NCBI GenBank assembly: GCA_023487095.1
Contig: JAMDEL010000057.1
Location: 1 to 39,252, forward strand
Origin: Patescibacteria group bacterium
Lineage (GTDB): Bacteria > Patescibacteriota > Doudnabacteria > UBA920
Length of the DNA: 39,252 nucleotides
Reading direction: 5' to 3'
In this document: piece by piece, positions 7,155 to 15,564 of the stretch
Layout of the letters: each line of letters starts with the position of its first letter
Position numbering within the stretch: position 1 is the stretch's first letter
Program-made: the position numbers and the translations under genes
Notes under the pieces: model-generated
Told to the model about the DNA's origin: nothing
Seen by the model: only the letters and a program-made list of their open reading frames with translations
Database searches by the model: none

Positions 7155-8246
7155 ATGAATGAGTTGATTAAAAAACTAGAAATTTTACTTCAGGAGCTTG
7201 CGGAATTAAAAGGACATTTAAATCTGCCCCAAAAGGAGCAGAAGATTTTGGAATTGGAAGACCAAATGCAGGCGCCGGATTTTTGGACTGACAACCAGGT
7301 TGCGCAGAAAACCTCCCAGGAATACAAGCAGCTCAAGGATTTTTATGATTTTTGGCAAGGTTTGGAAAAAGAAGTTTCCGAACTTTTGGAAATGGCCAGG
7401 GCCAACCGGGACGAATCGGAAGAAACTGTGGCTTACCTGAAAAAACAGGCCGGGGATTTGGAGGGGAAGTACCGCCATAACCGGTTTTTGGCTTTGCTTT
7501 CCAAAAAATATGATGACCATAACGCTATTTTTTCCCTGCATAGCGGCGCAGGCGGCGTGGATGCGCAGGACTGGGCTGGCATGCTTTTGCGCATGTTTTT
7601 GCGTTATTGCGAAAAACGGGGGCTTTCCACGGAGGTTTTGGAATTGAGCCGCGGCGAACAGGGCGGGCTCAAGACCTGCGTGGTGGAAGCGCGCGGCCCT
7701 TTCGCGTACGGCCTTTTAAAAAGCGAGGCAGGTGTGCACCGGCTGGTCAGGCTTTCGCCGTTTAACCCGGCCCATACCCGCGAAACTTCTTTTGCGCTCA
7801 TGGAAATTTTGCCCATTTTGGAAGGGCAGGAAGAGCTTAAAATTGACCCCAAAGACCTGAAGATTGAAGCCAATACCTCTTCCGGCCACGGCGGCCAATC
7901 GGTGAACACCACTTATTCCGCTATCCGCATCACCCACATACCTACAGGCATAAAGGTGAGCATTCAAAACGAACGCAGCCAGCACCAGAACCGGGAAATT
8001 GCCATGCGCATCCTGATGTCAAAGCTCAAAGCTTTGGAAGAAGAAAGGCAGCAGGCGGAAAAAAAGGCTATTCGCGGTGAATTTAAGTCCGCGGAGTGGG
8101 GCAACCAGATCCGTTCCTATGTCCTTCATCCGTATAAAATGGTCAAAGATCACCGGACAGCCTACGAAACTTCAGATCCGGAAAGCGTGCTAAACGGCGA
8201 ATTGGACGAGTTTGTGGAAAAGTTTTTGGAAAAACAAGCGGATTAA
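7155..8246 (+). CDS. prfB: peptide chain release factor 2, single continuous ORF (no programmed +1 frameshift)
   Basis: SPF motif (RLSPFNP) and GGQ motif (SSGHGGQSVNTT). Start set at ATG 7155 (MNELIKKLE), not the TTG at 7098. Confidence 0.92.
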   Translation: MNELIKKLEILLQELAELKGHLNLPQKEQKILELEDQMQAPDFWTDNQVAQKTSQEYKQLKDFYDFWQGLEKEVSELLEMARANRDESEETVAYLKKQAGDLEGKYRHNRFLALLSKKYDDHNAIFSLHSGAGGVDAQDWAGMLLRMFLRYCEKRGLSTEVLELSRGEQGGLKTCVVEARGPFAYGLLKSEAGVHRLVRLSPFNPAHTRETSFALMEILPILEGQEELKIDPKDLKIEANTSSGHGGQSVNTTYSAIRITHIPTGIKVSIQNERSQHQNREIAMRILMSKLKALEEERQQAEKKAIRGEFKSAEWGNQIRSYVLHPYKMVKDHRTAYETSDPESVLNGELDEFVEKFLEKQAD

Positions 8247-8286
8247 CGAGCTGGTCTTGAAAAAAATAGCGGCAGAGAGAAAAATT

Positions 8287-8295
8287 TGGTATAAT
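8287..8295 (+). promoter_or_regulatory. extended -10 box upstream of ftsE
   Basis: TGGTATAAT at 8287-8295, 40 nt before the ftsE ATG. Confidence 0.4.
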
Positions 8296-8335
8296 ATATC
8301 CAAGTTCATGCATACAGAAACAGAAACCAAACCCA

Positions 8336-9013
8336 ATGATAAAATTTGAGAACGTCACCAAGCACTATAACCGCTCAAAAGCCCTGGATGGGATAAATTT
8401 GGATATCCATCACGGGGAATTTATTTCTTTGGTCGGCTTGTCTGGCGCCGGTAAGACCACGCTGATGAAGCTTTTGATAGGCGAAGAGGGGATAGACGGG
8501 GGCCGGATTTTAATTGACGATATTGATATTGCCAAAGTTAAGAAATCTGATATGCCGTTTTTGCGCAGGAAGATTGGCATGGTTTTTCAGGATATTAAAC
8601 TTTTGCCCAAGCGCACCGCTTTTGAAAACGTAGCCTTTGCCATGGAGGTCTGCGGCCACCGCAAGGAAAAAATTTCTGAAGACGTACCAAAAATTTTGGA
8701 GCTGGTCGGCCTGCTTCATAAGCGCGACAATTTTCCTCACCAAATGTCGGGCGGGGAAAAGCAGCGCGTGGCGATTGCCCGAGCGCTCGCGCACCGGCCG
8801 GTTCTCCTGCTTGCGGATGAGCCTACAGGCAATTTGGATGAAGTAAATGCCAACGAGGTCATAGACTTGCTCTTAAAGATTAACCAATTGGGCACAACCG
8901 TGGTTTTAGCCACCCATGCCGCGGACCTGGTTAACAAGGTTAAAAAACGGGTTATTACGATTGAAAACGGGAAGATTACTTTCCAGCAGGAAAAAGGTAA
9001 ATATAAACTATAA
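8336..9013 (+). CDS. ftsE: cell division ATP-binding protein FtsE
   Basis: 225 aa. Walker A GLSGAGKTTL, signature MSGGEKQRVAIARAL and Walker B LLLADEPTGNLD. Followed by ftsX. Confidence 0.92.
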   Translation: MIKFENVTKHYNRSKALDGINLDIHHGEFISLVGLSGAGKTTLMKLLIGEEGIDGGRILIDDIDIAKVKKSDMPFLRRKIGMVFQDIKLLPKRTAFENVAFAMEVCGHRKEKISEDVPKILELVGLLHKRDNFPHQMSGGEKQRVAIARALAHRPVLLLADEPTGNLDEVNANEVIDLLLKINQLGTTVVLATHAADLVNKVKKRVITIENGKITFQQEKGKYKL

Positions 9014-9015
9014 AC

Positions 9016-9933
9016 ATGTTTTACTCAGTATCTTTTTTAAGAGTCATAAAAACCGGCTTTGTAAATTTTGTCCGCAATTTATGGCTGTCGGCCGCAGCCA
9101 CCATGGTAATGACCATTACCCTGGTGATTTTGGCAACTCTGTTTTTGCTGTTTGCCGTGACCAATTTTTCCCTAAAGAGCATCCAAAACACCGTTGATAT
9201 CAGCGTGTATTTTAAAATCGGGCTGGCTGAAGAGAAAATTTCCGCGCTGCAGCAGCAAATCCAAAGCAACCCCAAGGTCAAAGAAGTCAAGTATACTTCG
9301 GCGGAAGAGGCTTTTAAGAACTTTAAGGAAAGGCACTCGGATGATCTGCTGATTACCCAGTCGCTCAACGAGCTGACGGAGAACCCATTACCCGCCACGA
9401 TTAACATAAAAGCCTACAACCTGGAGGATTATCCCGGCATTGCTTCGCAGCTGCAGGATGCCAAATACCAGGAAGTGGTGGACAAGATAAATTTTGAGGA
9501 CAACCGGGTAATTATTGAAAGGCTGAACAAAATTTTGAAGTTTATTGTCTCTTTTGGCATCGGCTTGGTCGCGGTTTTTTCCCTAATCGCCATCTTGGTG
9601 ATTTTTAACACCATTACGCTGACTATTTACAACCGCAGGGAAGAAGTGGAAATAATGCGGCTGGTTGGGGCCACTAACTGGTATATCCGCGGGCCGTTTT
9701 TGACCGAAAGCTTTTTGTATGCGATTTCGGCCACGGTTCTGTGCGCGTTGATTTTCCTGCCGGTCTTTATTAAGATTTTGCCCAAGGTTGCGGCCTATGT
9801 GAACCCACAGATGACGTTTTTCAACCAGAACATTTTTAACTTCTGGTACCTGGTGCTTATCCTTTTTGTCGTTTCCCTGATCTTGGCCATGTCCTCAACC
9901 CTGCTCGCCATAAGGAAATACCTGAAAATTTGA
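9016..9933 (+). CDS. ftsX: cell division permease-like protein FtsX
   Basis: 305 aa. One N-terminal TM, a large extracytoplasmic loop and three C-terminal TMs. Lies 2 nt after ftsE. Confidence 0.85.
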   Translation: MFYSVSFLRVIKTGFVNFVRNLWLSAAATMVMTITLVILATLFLLFAVTNFSLKSIQNTVDISVYFKIGLAEEKISALQQQIQSNPKVKEVKYTSAEEAFKNFKERHSDDLLITQSLNELTENPLPATINIKAYNLEDYPGIASQLQDAKYQEVVDKINFEDNRVIIERLNKILKFIVSFGIGLVAVFSLIAILVIFNTITLTIYNRREEVEIMRLVGATNWYIRGPFLTESFLYAISATVLCALIFLPVFIKILPKVAAYVNPQMTFFNQNIFNFWYLVLILFVVSLILAMSSTLLAIRKYLKI

Positions 9934-10056
9934 CATTCCTCCCGGTTCTTATATACTGAAAAAGAGCTTCTCAGCCCTCCTGGTTTTGTTTTAGTCTATT
10001 CTTCGGACCAGGTATGAGTCGGGCAGGAAGTACTCTCCTTAAGCGGAGGGTTTTTT
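9930..10056 (+). promoter_or_regulatory. promoter plus ~90-nt structured leader or small RNA ending in an intrinsic terminator, directly upstream of rplI
   Basis: TTGACA (9930-9935), 16-nt spacer, TATACT (9952-9957). Compact terminator CTCTCC-TTAAGC-GGAGGG (10033-10050) plus T6 (10051-10056). The upstream CCCTCC (9975-9980) is an alternative partner for GGAGGG. CCTGGT (9979-9984) pairs with ACCAGG (10007-10012). Confidence 0.4.
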
Positions 10057-10080
10057 ATTAGAAAAATTATTGAAATCCCA

Positions 10081-10527
10081 ATGAAAGTCGTATTTATAAA
10101 AGACGCTCCGGGCAACGGGAGAAAAGGCGAGCTAAAAGAGGTTAGCGACGGGTTCGCCAAGAATTTTCTAATCGCCAAAGGTTTTGCCCAGGCCGTTACG
10201 CCGCAGCTCATGCAAAAATTGGAAAAGGAAAGAAAAGAACAGGACCAGAAGAAGCAGAAAGAAGCCGCCAGGCAGCAAATTTTAAAAAGCGAGATTGAAA
10301 AACGCATTTTTTCCATAAAGGTCAAGATAGGCGACAAGGGCCAGGTCTTTGGCGGGGTGCACGAAAAAGAGGTTGCCAAAGCGATTTCCGACAAAGTGGG
10401 TGAAGAAATCGGGAAAAACCAGGTGGAAATCCAGGAAGCGCTTAAAACCCCAGGAGAGCATTCGGTTGCGGTGAATCTCCCCGGCGGGGTTGTGGCAAAA
10501 GCCAGAATTAACATTGAGCCTGCTTAA
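10081..10527 (+). CDS. rplI: 50S ribosomal protein L9
   Basis: 148 aa. MKVVFIKDAPGNGRKGELKEVSDGFAKNFLI is a typical L9 N-domain. Confidence 0.92.
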   Translation: MKVVFIKDAPGNGRKGELKEVSDGFAKNFLIAKGFAQAVTPQLMQKLEKERKEQDQKKQKEAARQQILKSEIEKRIFSIKVKIGDKGQVFGGVHEKEVAKAISDKVGEEIGKNQVEIQEALKTPGEHSVAVNLPGGVVAKARINIEPA

Positions 10528-10532
10528 ATAAC

Positions 10533-11234
10533 ATGAGCGAAAGACTAAAGAGCTTGTTGTTGATCTTAATATTTACGCTTTTGGCGAGCGGCCTGACCCT
10601 GGCAATCCTTTCACAGATTCAGGCCTACCGCGATTCTCAGGTTTATTTGGCCACCGAGGCCGCTTTGCCCCTTCACCGGGTTGTGTCCAAGGCCAACAAG
10701 CTGTTTTCAAGCCCGGATTTGGGCCTGTCCTTCCAGTATCCGGCTAGCCTGGTTTTGGCCGAAACTGCGACAAGCGTGGAATTGAGCCACAAAATTCAGT
10801 TTAAAAATGACGGCGAGTGCAATATGAAAGGAGACACGGTTACTTACGATTACCTTACGGATTTCAGGGCCGGTTTCCGGGTGTTCACGGGCAGCATGGC
10901 GCAGGCGGTAAAATACTTTTCGCCTTATATGCCTCTGGAAAACTTTGACGGTGAAAACTTAAAGTATTCCCCGGGGTTTATTGATGCCTTTGCCGCCGGC
11001 AAGCTCAAGGGCTACGCGATTTACGAAGGGGCTGAAGGCTGCGGCCATACTATATATTATTTTCCGGCAGACAACGGCCGCGTTCTGGTTGTGGAAAACG
11101 CCATGGTCCAGCAGTTGTCCGGCATTGTATCTAGCGACTTGGAAAAACAGATTTTGGCCGTGCCCGGGGCGATTAGCCGGCAGAAAAACGCAGAAATACT
11201 CCATGAAATTTTGGAATCTATAAGGTTTAATTAA
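10533..11234 (+). CDS. hypothetical membrane-anchored or secreted protein
   Basis: 233 aa. N-terminal hydrophobic segment LLLILIFTLLASGLTLAIL. No recognisable catalytic motif. Confidence 0.6.
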   Translation: MSERLKSLLLILIFTLLASGLTLAILSQIQAYRDSQVYLATEAALPLHRVVSKANKLFSSPDLGLSFQYPASLVLAETATSVELSHKIQFKNDGECNMKGDTVTYDYLTDFRAGFRVFTGSMAQAVKYFSPYMPLENFDGENLKYSPGFIDAFAAGKLKGYAIYEGAEGCGHTIYYFPADNGRVLVVENAMVQQLSGIVSSDLEKQILAVPGAISRQKNAEILHEILESIRFN

Positions 11235-11265
11235 TTATTTTTGTTAACAGGAAAAGGAAAGCCAC

Positions 11266-12963
11266 ATGTCATACCACATCAAGCCGCGCAAGGCCAAAAA
11301 GCTCCACACAAAATTTATTTTCGTTTCCGGAGGGGTCATCTCTTCCGTGGGCAAGGGGATTACCGCTGCGTCCATTGCCATGCTGCTTGAATCGCGCGGC
11401 TACCGGGTAGCGCCTGTAAAATGTGATGCCTACCTGAATATTGACGCCGGCACTATAAGGCCCCAGGAACACGGCGAAGTTTTTGTGACCAAAGACGGAG
11501 TGGAAACCGACCAGGATGTGGGGAACTATGAGCGCTTTATGAACACAGAGCTTTCCAGCGCCAATTACGTGACCAACGGCCAGATTTACCAGGAGATTAT
11601 CCGGCGGGAGCGCAATTTTGAATACGAGGGAGAAGATGTGGAAGTAGCTTTACACGTGCCCGAAGAAATTATCCGCCGCTGCGAGCTGGCGGCCAAAGAG
11701 CGCAATGCGGACTTTGTGATTGTGGAAGTCGGTGGTACAGTGGGCGAGTACCAGAACATTTTGTTTATTGAAGCCAACCGTATTATGAAATACCGGGACG
11801 GTAGGGATGTGGTTCACATCCACGTCGGTTACTTACCCACGCCTCCGGCCATTGGGGAAATGAAATCCAAACCAGTGCAGAATTCCGTGCGGCAGCTAAT
11901 CGCCTCAGGCATCCAGCCCGATTTTCTTATTGGCCGCGCGGAGAAGCCTCTAGATGACCGCCGCAAAGAAACCTTGGCTTGGACCTGCAACATTCCCGTG
12001 GCCAACATTATTTCAGGACCCAACGTGGACACGATTTACCGCGTGCCGCTATCGTATGACCAGCAAAAACTGACTGACAAGATTTTGGAAAAATTTGGAA
12101 TGAGGTCCAAACGGCATGACTTGTCCAAATGGAAAAGCCTGCTGGCAAAAATTTCCCGCATTAATGCCAGCAAACATGAAATTAACATAGCCGTAGTCGG
12201 AAAATATTACGAGACCGGGGCTTATAAGCTGGCGGACGTATATATTTCTGTGGTGGAGTCCATTAAGCACGCTTCCTGGCATAACGGGGCCAAGGCTAAC
12301 CTGCACTGGATTTCCAGTATTGATGTGGAGAGGCAGGGCGCCAAAAAGGTTTTGTCGGGCTTTGACGGCATTGTTGTGCCGGGTGGTTTTGGCAGCCGCG
12401 GTACCGAGGGTATGATTGAGACCATAAAATATGCCCGCGAAAACAAAATTCCTTACCTGGGTTTGTGTTATGGCATGCAGATGGCGACCATTGAATTTGC
12501 TAGGAACGTTGCGGGCATGAAGAACGCCAATACCACTGAAGTAGACGCAAAGACGCCTTACCCGGTAATCCACATTATGCCTGACCAGGAAAAGAAGCTT
12601 TTAAACCGGGAGTACGGCGCGACTATGCGCCTGGGTGGCTGGGATTGTGTTGTCGTCCGCGGGACTAAAACCGAAAAGGCTTATCTTGCCTCCGGCCTAG
12701 TCAAAAAGACTGGCAAGGCCAAAATCTCCGAGCGCCACCGCCACCGGTATGAGTTTAATAATGAATATAGGCAACGCCTGGAAGAAGCGGGCTTGGTAAT
12801 TGCCGGCACAACGCCGGACGGTCATTTGGTGGAAATCATTGAGCTTAAGGACCACCCATTCTTTGTGGGCTCACAGTTCCACCCCGAGTTCCAATCGCAT
12901 CCTTTGTCACCGCACCCGCTATTCAACGGTTTTATGAAGGCCTCAATAAACTCAAAAAAATAA
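11266..12963 (+). CDS. pyrG: CTP synthase
   Basis: 565 aa. KFIFVSGGVISSVGKGI and the glutaminase motif YLGLCYGMQ. Confidence 0.95.
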   Translation: MSYHIKPRKAKKLHTKFIFVSGGVISSVGKGITAASIAMLLESRGYRVAPVKCDAYLNIDAGTIRPQEHGEVFVTKDGVETDQDVGNYERFMNTELSSANYVTNGQIYQEIIRRERNFEYEGEDVEVALHVPEEIIRRCELAAKERNADFVIVEVGGTVGEYQNILFIEANRIMKYRDGRDVVHIHVGYLPTPPAIGEMKSKPVQNSVRQLIASGIQPDFLIGRAEKPLDDRRKETLAWTCNIPVANIISGPNVDTIYRVPLSYDQQKLTDKILEKFGMRSKRHDLSKWKSLLAKISRINASKHEINIAVVGKYYETGAYKLADVYISVVESIKHASWHNGAKANLHWISSIDVERQGAKKVLSGFDGIVVPGGFGSRGTEGMIETIKYARENKIPYLGLCYGMQMATIEFARNVAGMKNANTTEVDAKTPYPVIHIMPDQEKKLLNREYGATMRLGGWDCVVVRGTKTEKAYLASGLVKKTGKAKISERHRHRYEFNNEYRQRLEEAGLVIAGTTPDGHLVEIIELKDHPFFVGSQFHPEFQSHPLSPHPLFNGFMKASINSKK

Positions 12964-12969
12964 GCAAAT

Positions 12970-13000
12970 AAAAACTCCTCCATTCCGGAGGAGTTTTTTT
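12970..13000. terminator. bidirectional intrinsic terminator between convergent pyrG and rpmA
   Basis: CTCCTCC-ATTCC-GGAGGAG hairpin (12975-12993) flanked by an A-run and T7. Confidence 0.75.
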
Positions 13001-13008
13001 AAACAAAT

Positions 13009-13290
13009 TTACTTGGCGGGTTCCACGTTAACGATTTTGGTCTTGCGAAGATTGCCGTGAAATTTTTTGGTCATCTTGTTCTGGAATTTTACCAGGCCGT
13101 TGGCCAAAGAGTAGAGAGTGGAGTCTCCGCCCATGCTGACGTTTTTGCCGGCATGGTATTTGGTGCCTTTTTGGCGGATGATAATTTGCCCGGTTTTAAC
13201 TTTCTGGTTGCCGAAGATTTTTACGCCTAAGCGTTTGGATCTGGAGTCGCGGCCTAAACTAGTACTGCCGCCTGCCTTTTTATGTGCCAT
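13009..13290 (-). CDS. rpmA: 50S ribosomal protein L27
   Basis: 93 aa. [16 protein letters not shown]... is the canonical L27 N-terminus. Confidence 0.95.
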   Translation of the reverse strand: MAHKKAGGSTSLGRDSRSKRLGVKIFGNQKVKTGQIIIRQKGTKYHAGKNVSMGGDSTLYSLANGLVKFQNKMTKKFHGNLRKTKIVNVEPAK

Positions 13291-13320
13291 AATCTAAAAA
13301 ATTATATTAAAATTCAATTT

Positions 13321-14652
13321 TTACTTCTTTTCAAAGATGACTATTTCCCTGGCCACAATTTGATCCTTTCGGTCATAAATGGCAGTGTTTCTGGTTGTAA
13401 GCTTAAGGAACTTAAGCTTTTTTGCCAGATTAGGCGAAATCAAGTCTATAAAATTATAGCCTAAATCCTCAGCCCAGTCAAGGCTTGGTAAGGTGTCGTA
13501 TTGGTCTTTGCCTCTGCGGTAGGCGGGGATACACATTACTATTCTGCCATTTTGGGGCAAGATTTTGGCAAATTCTTTGAAGACTTCCTTGTAGAGTGAG
13601 GTTAGCTCCTTAAAGTTGTCGTCAATTTCGGTTTTTTTTGGAAAACTGAAGTAAATCGGGCCTAAGGTAGACTCGGTCACAATGGCGCTGATTTTTTGTT
13701 TTTCCAGGAGTTGGCCAATTTTTTTGGCATCAGCGGTTTCAAAATGGTATTTGCCCGGGGCGATTTTATAACGATTCCTGAACCACTCCAGGTTTTGTTC
13801 GCTGCCTTTAATGGCTTGTTTGTTAATATCCGAGCCGAGCATCTTAAAACCCAGCAGCAGGCCCTCCTGGACCATGGTGCCAATGCCGCAGAAGGGGTCT
13901 AGCAGGGTTTCGCCAGCTTTGGCGCCGGAAAGGTTGAGCATAATTTGGGCTACTTTGGGAGGTATCATGCCTTGTTTTTCATCGCGCACTGGCCGCTGGT
14001 AGTCGCGCCTGCCATAGTCTTCAAAATCCTGGACCGACAAGGTTTTAGCCGTATAAACAATTTCTTTTCCAGCCAGGATGCAAATCTCCGCGCCTTTTTG
14101 AAGGAGCAGGTTTTTTGTGACTACTACCGAGGCCAGGGCGAGCGAATTAAATTCGGGCAGAACTAAGCGTATGCTGTGCCCGGTTTCGGTCAAAGTTTTT
14201 TTGGCCATCATGCCGATTCTTTTAGGTTCCGTAAAAATACTGACCTGCGGGTATTTTTCAGAAGCGGTGGGAGAGGGGCGCTTGGCCAGGTCCGTATCCA
14301 ACAGATAAATACTGAGGCCGAACTGAATTTTGCCTTTATAATCTTTGAGAAAATGTTTTTTTAGAGTGCTTGGCTTGAAGTAATGTTTGAGTGCAAAGTT
14401 CAGGGAATCTTGGGGGCGCTTTTTTAGAATTTCAATAACCTGAAGGATTTTTATTGAACCCCCAAGTTTTTTTTGCAAAGCTTCGGCTTTAATCGGGGTG
14501 GGAGTTTCCACTACCAAAACCTCTTCCGAAGCCTCAAGGATCTTAACCGGATTGCCGCTCAAACCGCAGGCAGGATCAGTTTTTTCCAAAGTGGCCACCA
14601 GTTCAGCCAAAGATAGCGTAAATACTCTCCCAAGAACAAAGGCGTATTGCAT
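13321..14652 (-). CDS. class I SAM-dependent methyltransferase, UPF0020/Trm11-like putative RNA methylase with atypical motif IV
   Basis: 443 aa. Motif I LLDPFCGIGTMVQEG. The position expected for (D/N)PPY reads VTESTLGP. Confidence 0.6.
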   Translation of the reverse strand: MQYAFVLGRVFTLSLAELVATLEKTDPACGLSGNPVKILEASEEVLVVETPTPIKAEALQKKLGGSIKILQVIEILKKRPQDSLNFALKHYFKPSTLKKHFLKDYKGKIQFGLSIYLLDTDLAKRPSPTASEKYPQVSIFTEPKRIGMMAKKTLTETGHSIRLVLPEFNSLALASVVVTKNLLLQKGAEICILAGKEIVYTAKTLSVQDFEDYGRRDYQRPVRDEKQGMIPPKVAQIMLNLSGAKAGETLLDPFCGIGTMVQEGLLLGFKMLGSDINKQAIKGSEQNLEWFRNRYKIAPGKYHFETADAKKIGQLLEKQKISAIVTESTLGPIYFSFPKKTEIDDNFKELTSLYKEVFKEFAKILPQNGRIVMCIPAYRRGKDQYDTLPSLDWAEDLGYNFIDLISPNLAKKLKFLKLTTRNTAIYDRKDQIVAREIVIFEKK

Positions 14653-14691
14653 GGATATTTTATTTCTAAAAAAGTGGTAAAATAAAAAGTG

Positions 14692-15087
14692 ATGAAAGAC
14701 TACGAAGAAATAAAAAAAGTCTTATCGGAAAATCGTACTAGGGTGGTTTTGGCCGCAGCCTATGTTTTGGTTTTTTTGCTGGGTTTCGGTGTGGGCAGGT
14801 ATGACCAGGAGTGGCAAAAAAGACTTTTTCGGATGCAGAATAATTATAACACAAAAACAGTGAATTTGCAAAAAGACATAAAAAACCCGGAAGGGGAGGC
14901 TCCGGCTAAAGCTGCGGCTAATGCTACGAGTTCCCCTGTTTGTGTAATTAAGGGTAATATTTCCTCCCAAGGAAAAAAGATTTTTCATGTCCGGGGAGGC
15001 AGCTTCTACGACAGGGTCAACCCTGAGCAGTGTTTTAGTACGGAGGAGGAGGCTGTGGCAGCGGGATTCGTTAAATCCAGCAGGTGA
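14692..15087 (+). CDS. membrane-anchored protein with C-terminal sunset-type (Ada-Zn-like) domain
   Basis: One TM (VVLAAAYVLVFLLGFGVG) and a C-terminus VIKGNISSQGKKIFHVRGGSFYDRVNPEQCFSTEEEAVAAGFVKS. ATG 14692 is preferred over GTG 14689. Confidence 0.6.
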   Translation: MKDYEEIKKVLSENRTRVVLAAAYVLVFLLGFGVGRYDQEWQKRLFRMQNNYNTKTVNLQKDIKNPEGEAPAKAAANATSSPVCVIKGNISSQGKKIFHVRGGSFYDRVNPEQCFSTEEEAVAAGFVKSSR

Positions 15088-15104
15088 TTTTTTGTTATTT
15101 TGCC

Positions 15105-15128
15105 GGGGTTGACAGCAGCCCCTTTTTT
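15105..15128 (+). terminator. intrinsic terminator of the preceding gene (overlaps a -35-like TTGACA)
   Basis: GGGGTTG-ACAG-CAGCCCC hairpin (15105-15122) followed by T6 (15123-15128). Confidence 0.55.
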
Positions 15129-15144
15129 ATATATGATGCGTAAA

Positions 15145-15541
15145 CGCAAAAAGGATAAAAACCATAGGGGGCTGGCAGGCCTGACATCACCTGTGCTATG
15201 ACAAAGCGGCTTGGATCCGGTTGATTGATTCTCTCCTGGATCCAGAGTCCAGCCCCCAGATTTTTATTTTTACCGGTGGCAGAAGAAGCTGCCCTAGAGC
15301 TGTGCTCTGCGGCAATTGGCTCGCCACCGAAGGCGGTGAAGGAGGATTGTGTTCCTGTTCTTTAATGCCGAGCGGCCAGGGGTGGCCGCAAAAGCATTCA
15401 AAGACAATCCGGGCAACGATTTGCCCGGAGAGAAGCCGGTTTTACCGTGAGTGGCTTGCGTTTTCACGCAGCTAACTGCAGGCTTCGCAGGACTCCTTCA
15501 CCGCTGCGGAAACGATTCGTTCGTTACCCCGCAGCTTTTTT
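15145..15541 (+). ncRNA. candidate structured non-coding RNA(s), family not identified
   Basis: Promoter-like TTGACA-17-TATGAT at 15109-15137. A 9-bp closing helix (15167-15175 with 15249-15257) is followed by a U-tract. An 11-bp long-range helix pairs 15334-15344 with 15493-15503 and encloses several clean hairpins. Terminal GCTGCGG/CCGCAGC hairpin plus T7 at 15503-15541. No credible ORF. Confidence 0.45.
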
Positions 15542-15555
15542 TGTTTTCCCAGATT

Positions 15556-15564
15556 TGCTATAAT
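15556..15564 (+). promoter_or_regulatory. extended -10 box upstream of the cysteine desulfurase gene
   Basis: TGCTATAAT at 15556-15564, 12 nt before ATG 15577, implying a very short 5' UTR. Confidence 0.45.

Noticed and set aside
7098-7230. Programmed +1 frameshift site in prfB and the long N-terminal extension from TTG 7098
   Set aside because: The RF2 reading frame is continuous from ATG 7155 through the SPF and GGQ motifs. There is no in-frame TGA and no CTT TGA C-type site. The 19 upstream codons (MKKPHQFSVCGSNFFWPIF) look non-native.
9996-10514. 172-aa minus-strand ORF, plus similar long antisense ORFs (6261-6833, 12049-12573, 22908-23444, 23531-23899, 26275-26796, 34696-35040, 15472-15900)
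   Set aside because: Each lies entirely antisense to a confidently identified gene (rplI, tmk, pyrG, def, exonuclease, mltG, MFS, desulfurase). Their translations are low-complexity or Cys/Arg/Ser-rich.
13009-13320. Missing rplU (L21) upstream of rpmA as a possible gene loss
   Set aside because: Only local context is visible, and L21 may simply be encoded elsewhere. The window does not allow a call of absence.
15167-15258. tRNA-like or tmRNA-like reading of GGGGGCTGG...CCAGCCCCC-A (acceptor-stem look-alike, tmRNA-like GGGGCUG start)
   Set aside because: There is no T-loop (GTTCRANNC) or D-loop on either strand. The element is only 91 nt, with nothing resembling a tag ORF ending in a hydrophobic ...AA stop. 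There is no encoded CCA.
15221-15475. 84-aa ORF inside the long non-coding gap
   Set aside because: It has a TTG start and no SD at proper spacing, and its translation is Cys/Arg/Gly-rich. The frame is built almost entirely from GC-rich helix arms, so a structured-RNA interpretation is preferred.
15272-15503. RNase P RNA, SRP RNA, 6S RNA, T-box or glycine/TPP/cobalamin riboswitch identity for module 2
   Set aside because: Key cores are absent by eye: no GAGGAAAGUCC or ACAGAAnCCGGCUUA pair at the proper distance, no GGAAGCAGC helix-8 motif, and no GGGUGGUACCGCG next to the terminator. Only partial chance resemblances exist (AGAGAAGCCGG, AGGGGUGGCCGC, CACCGAAGG). A covariance-model search is still needed.
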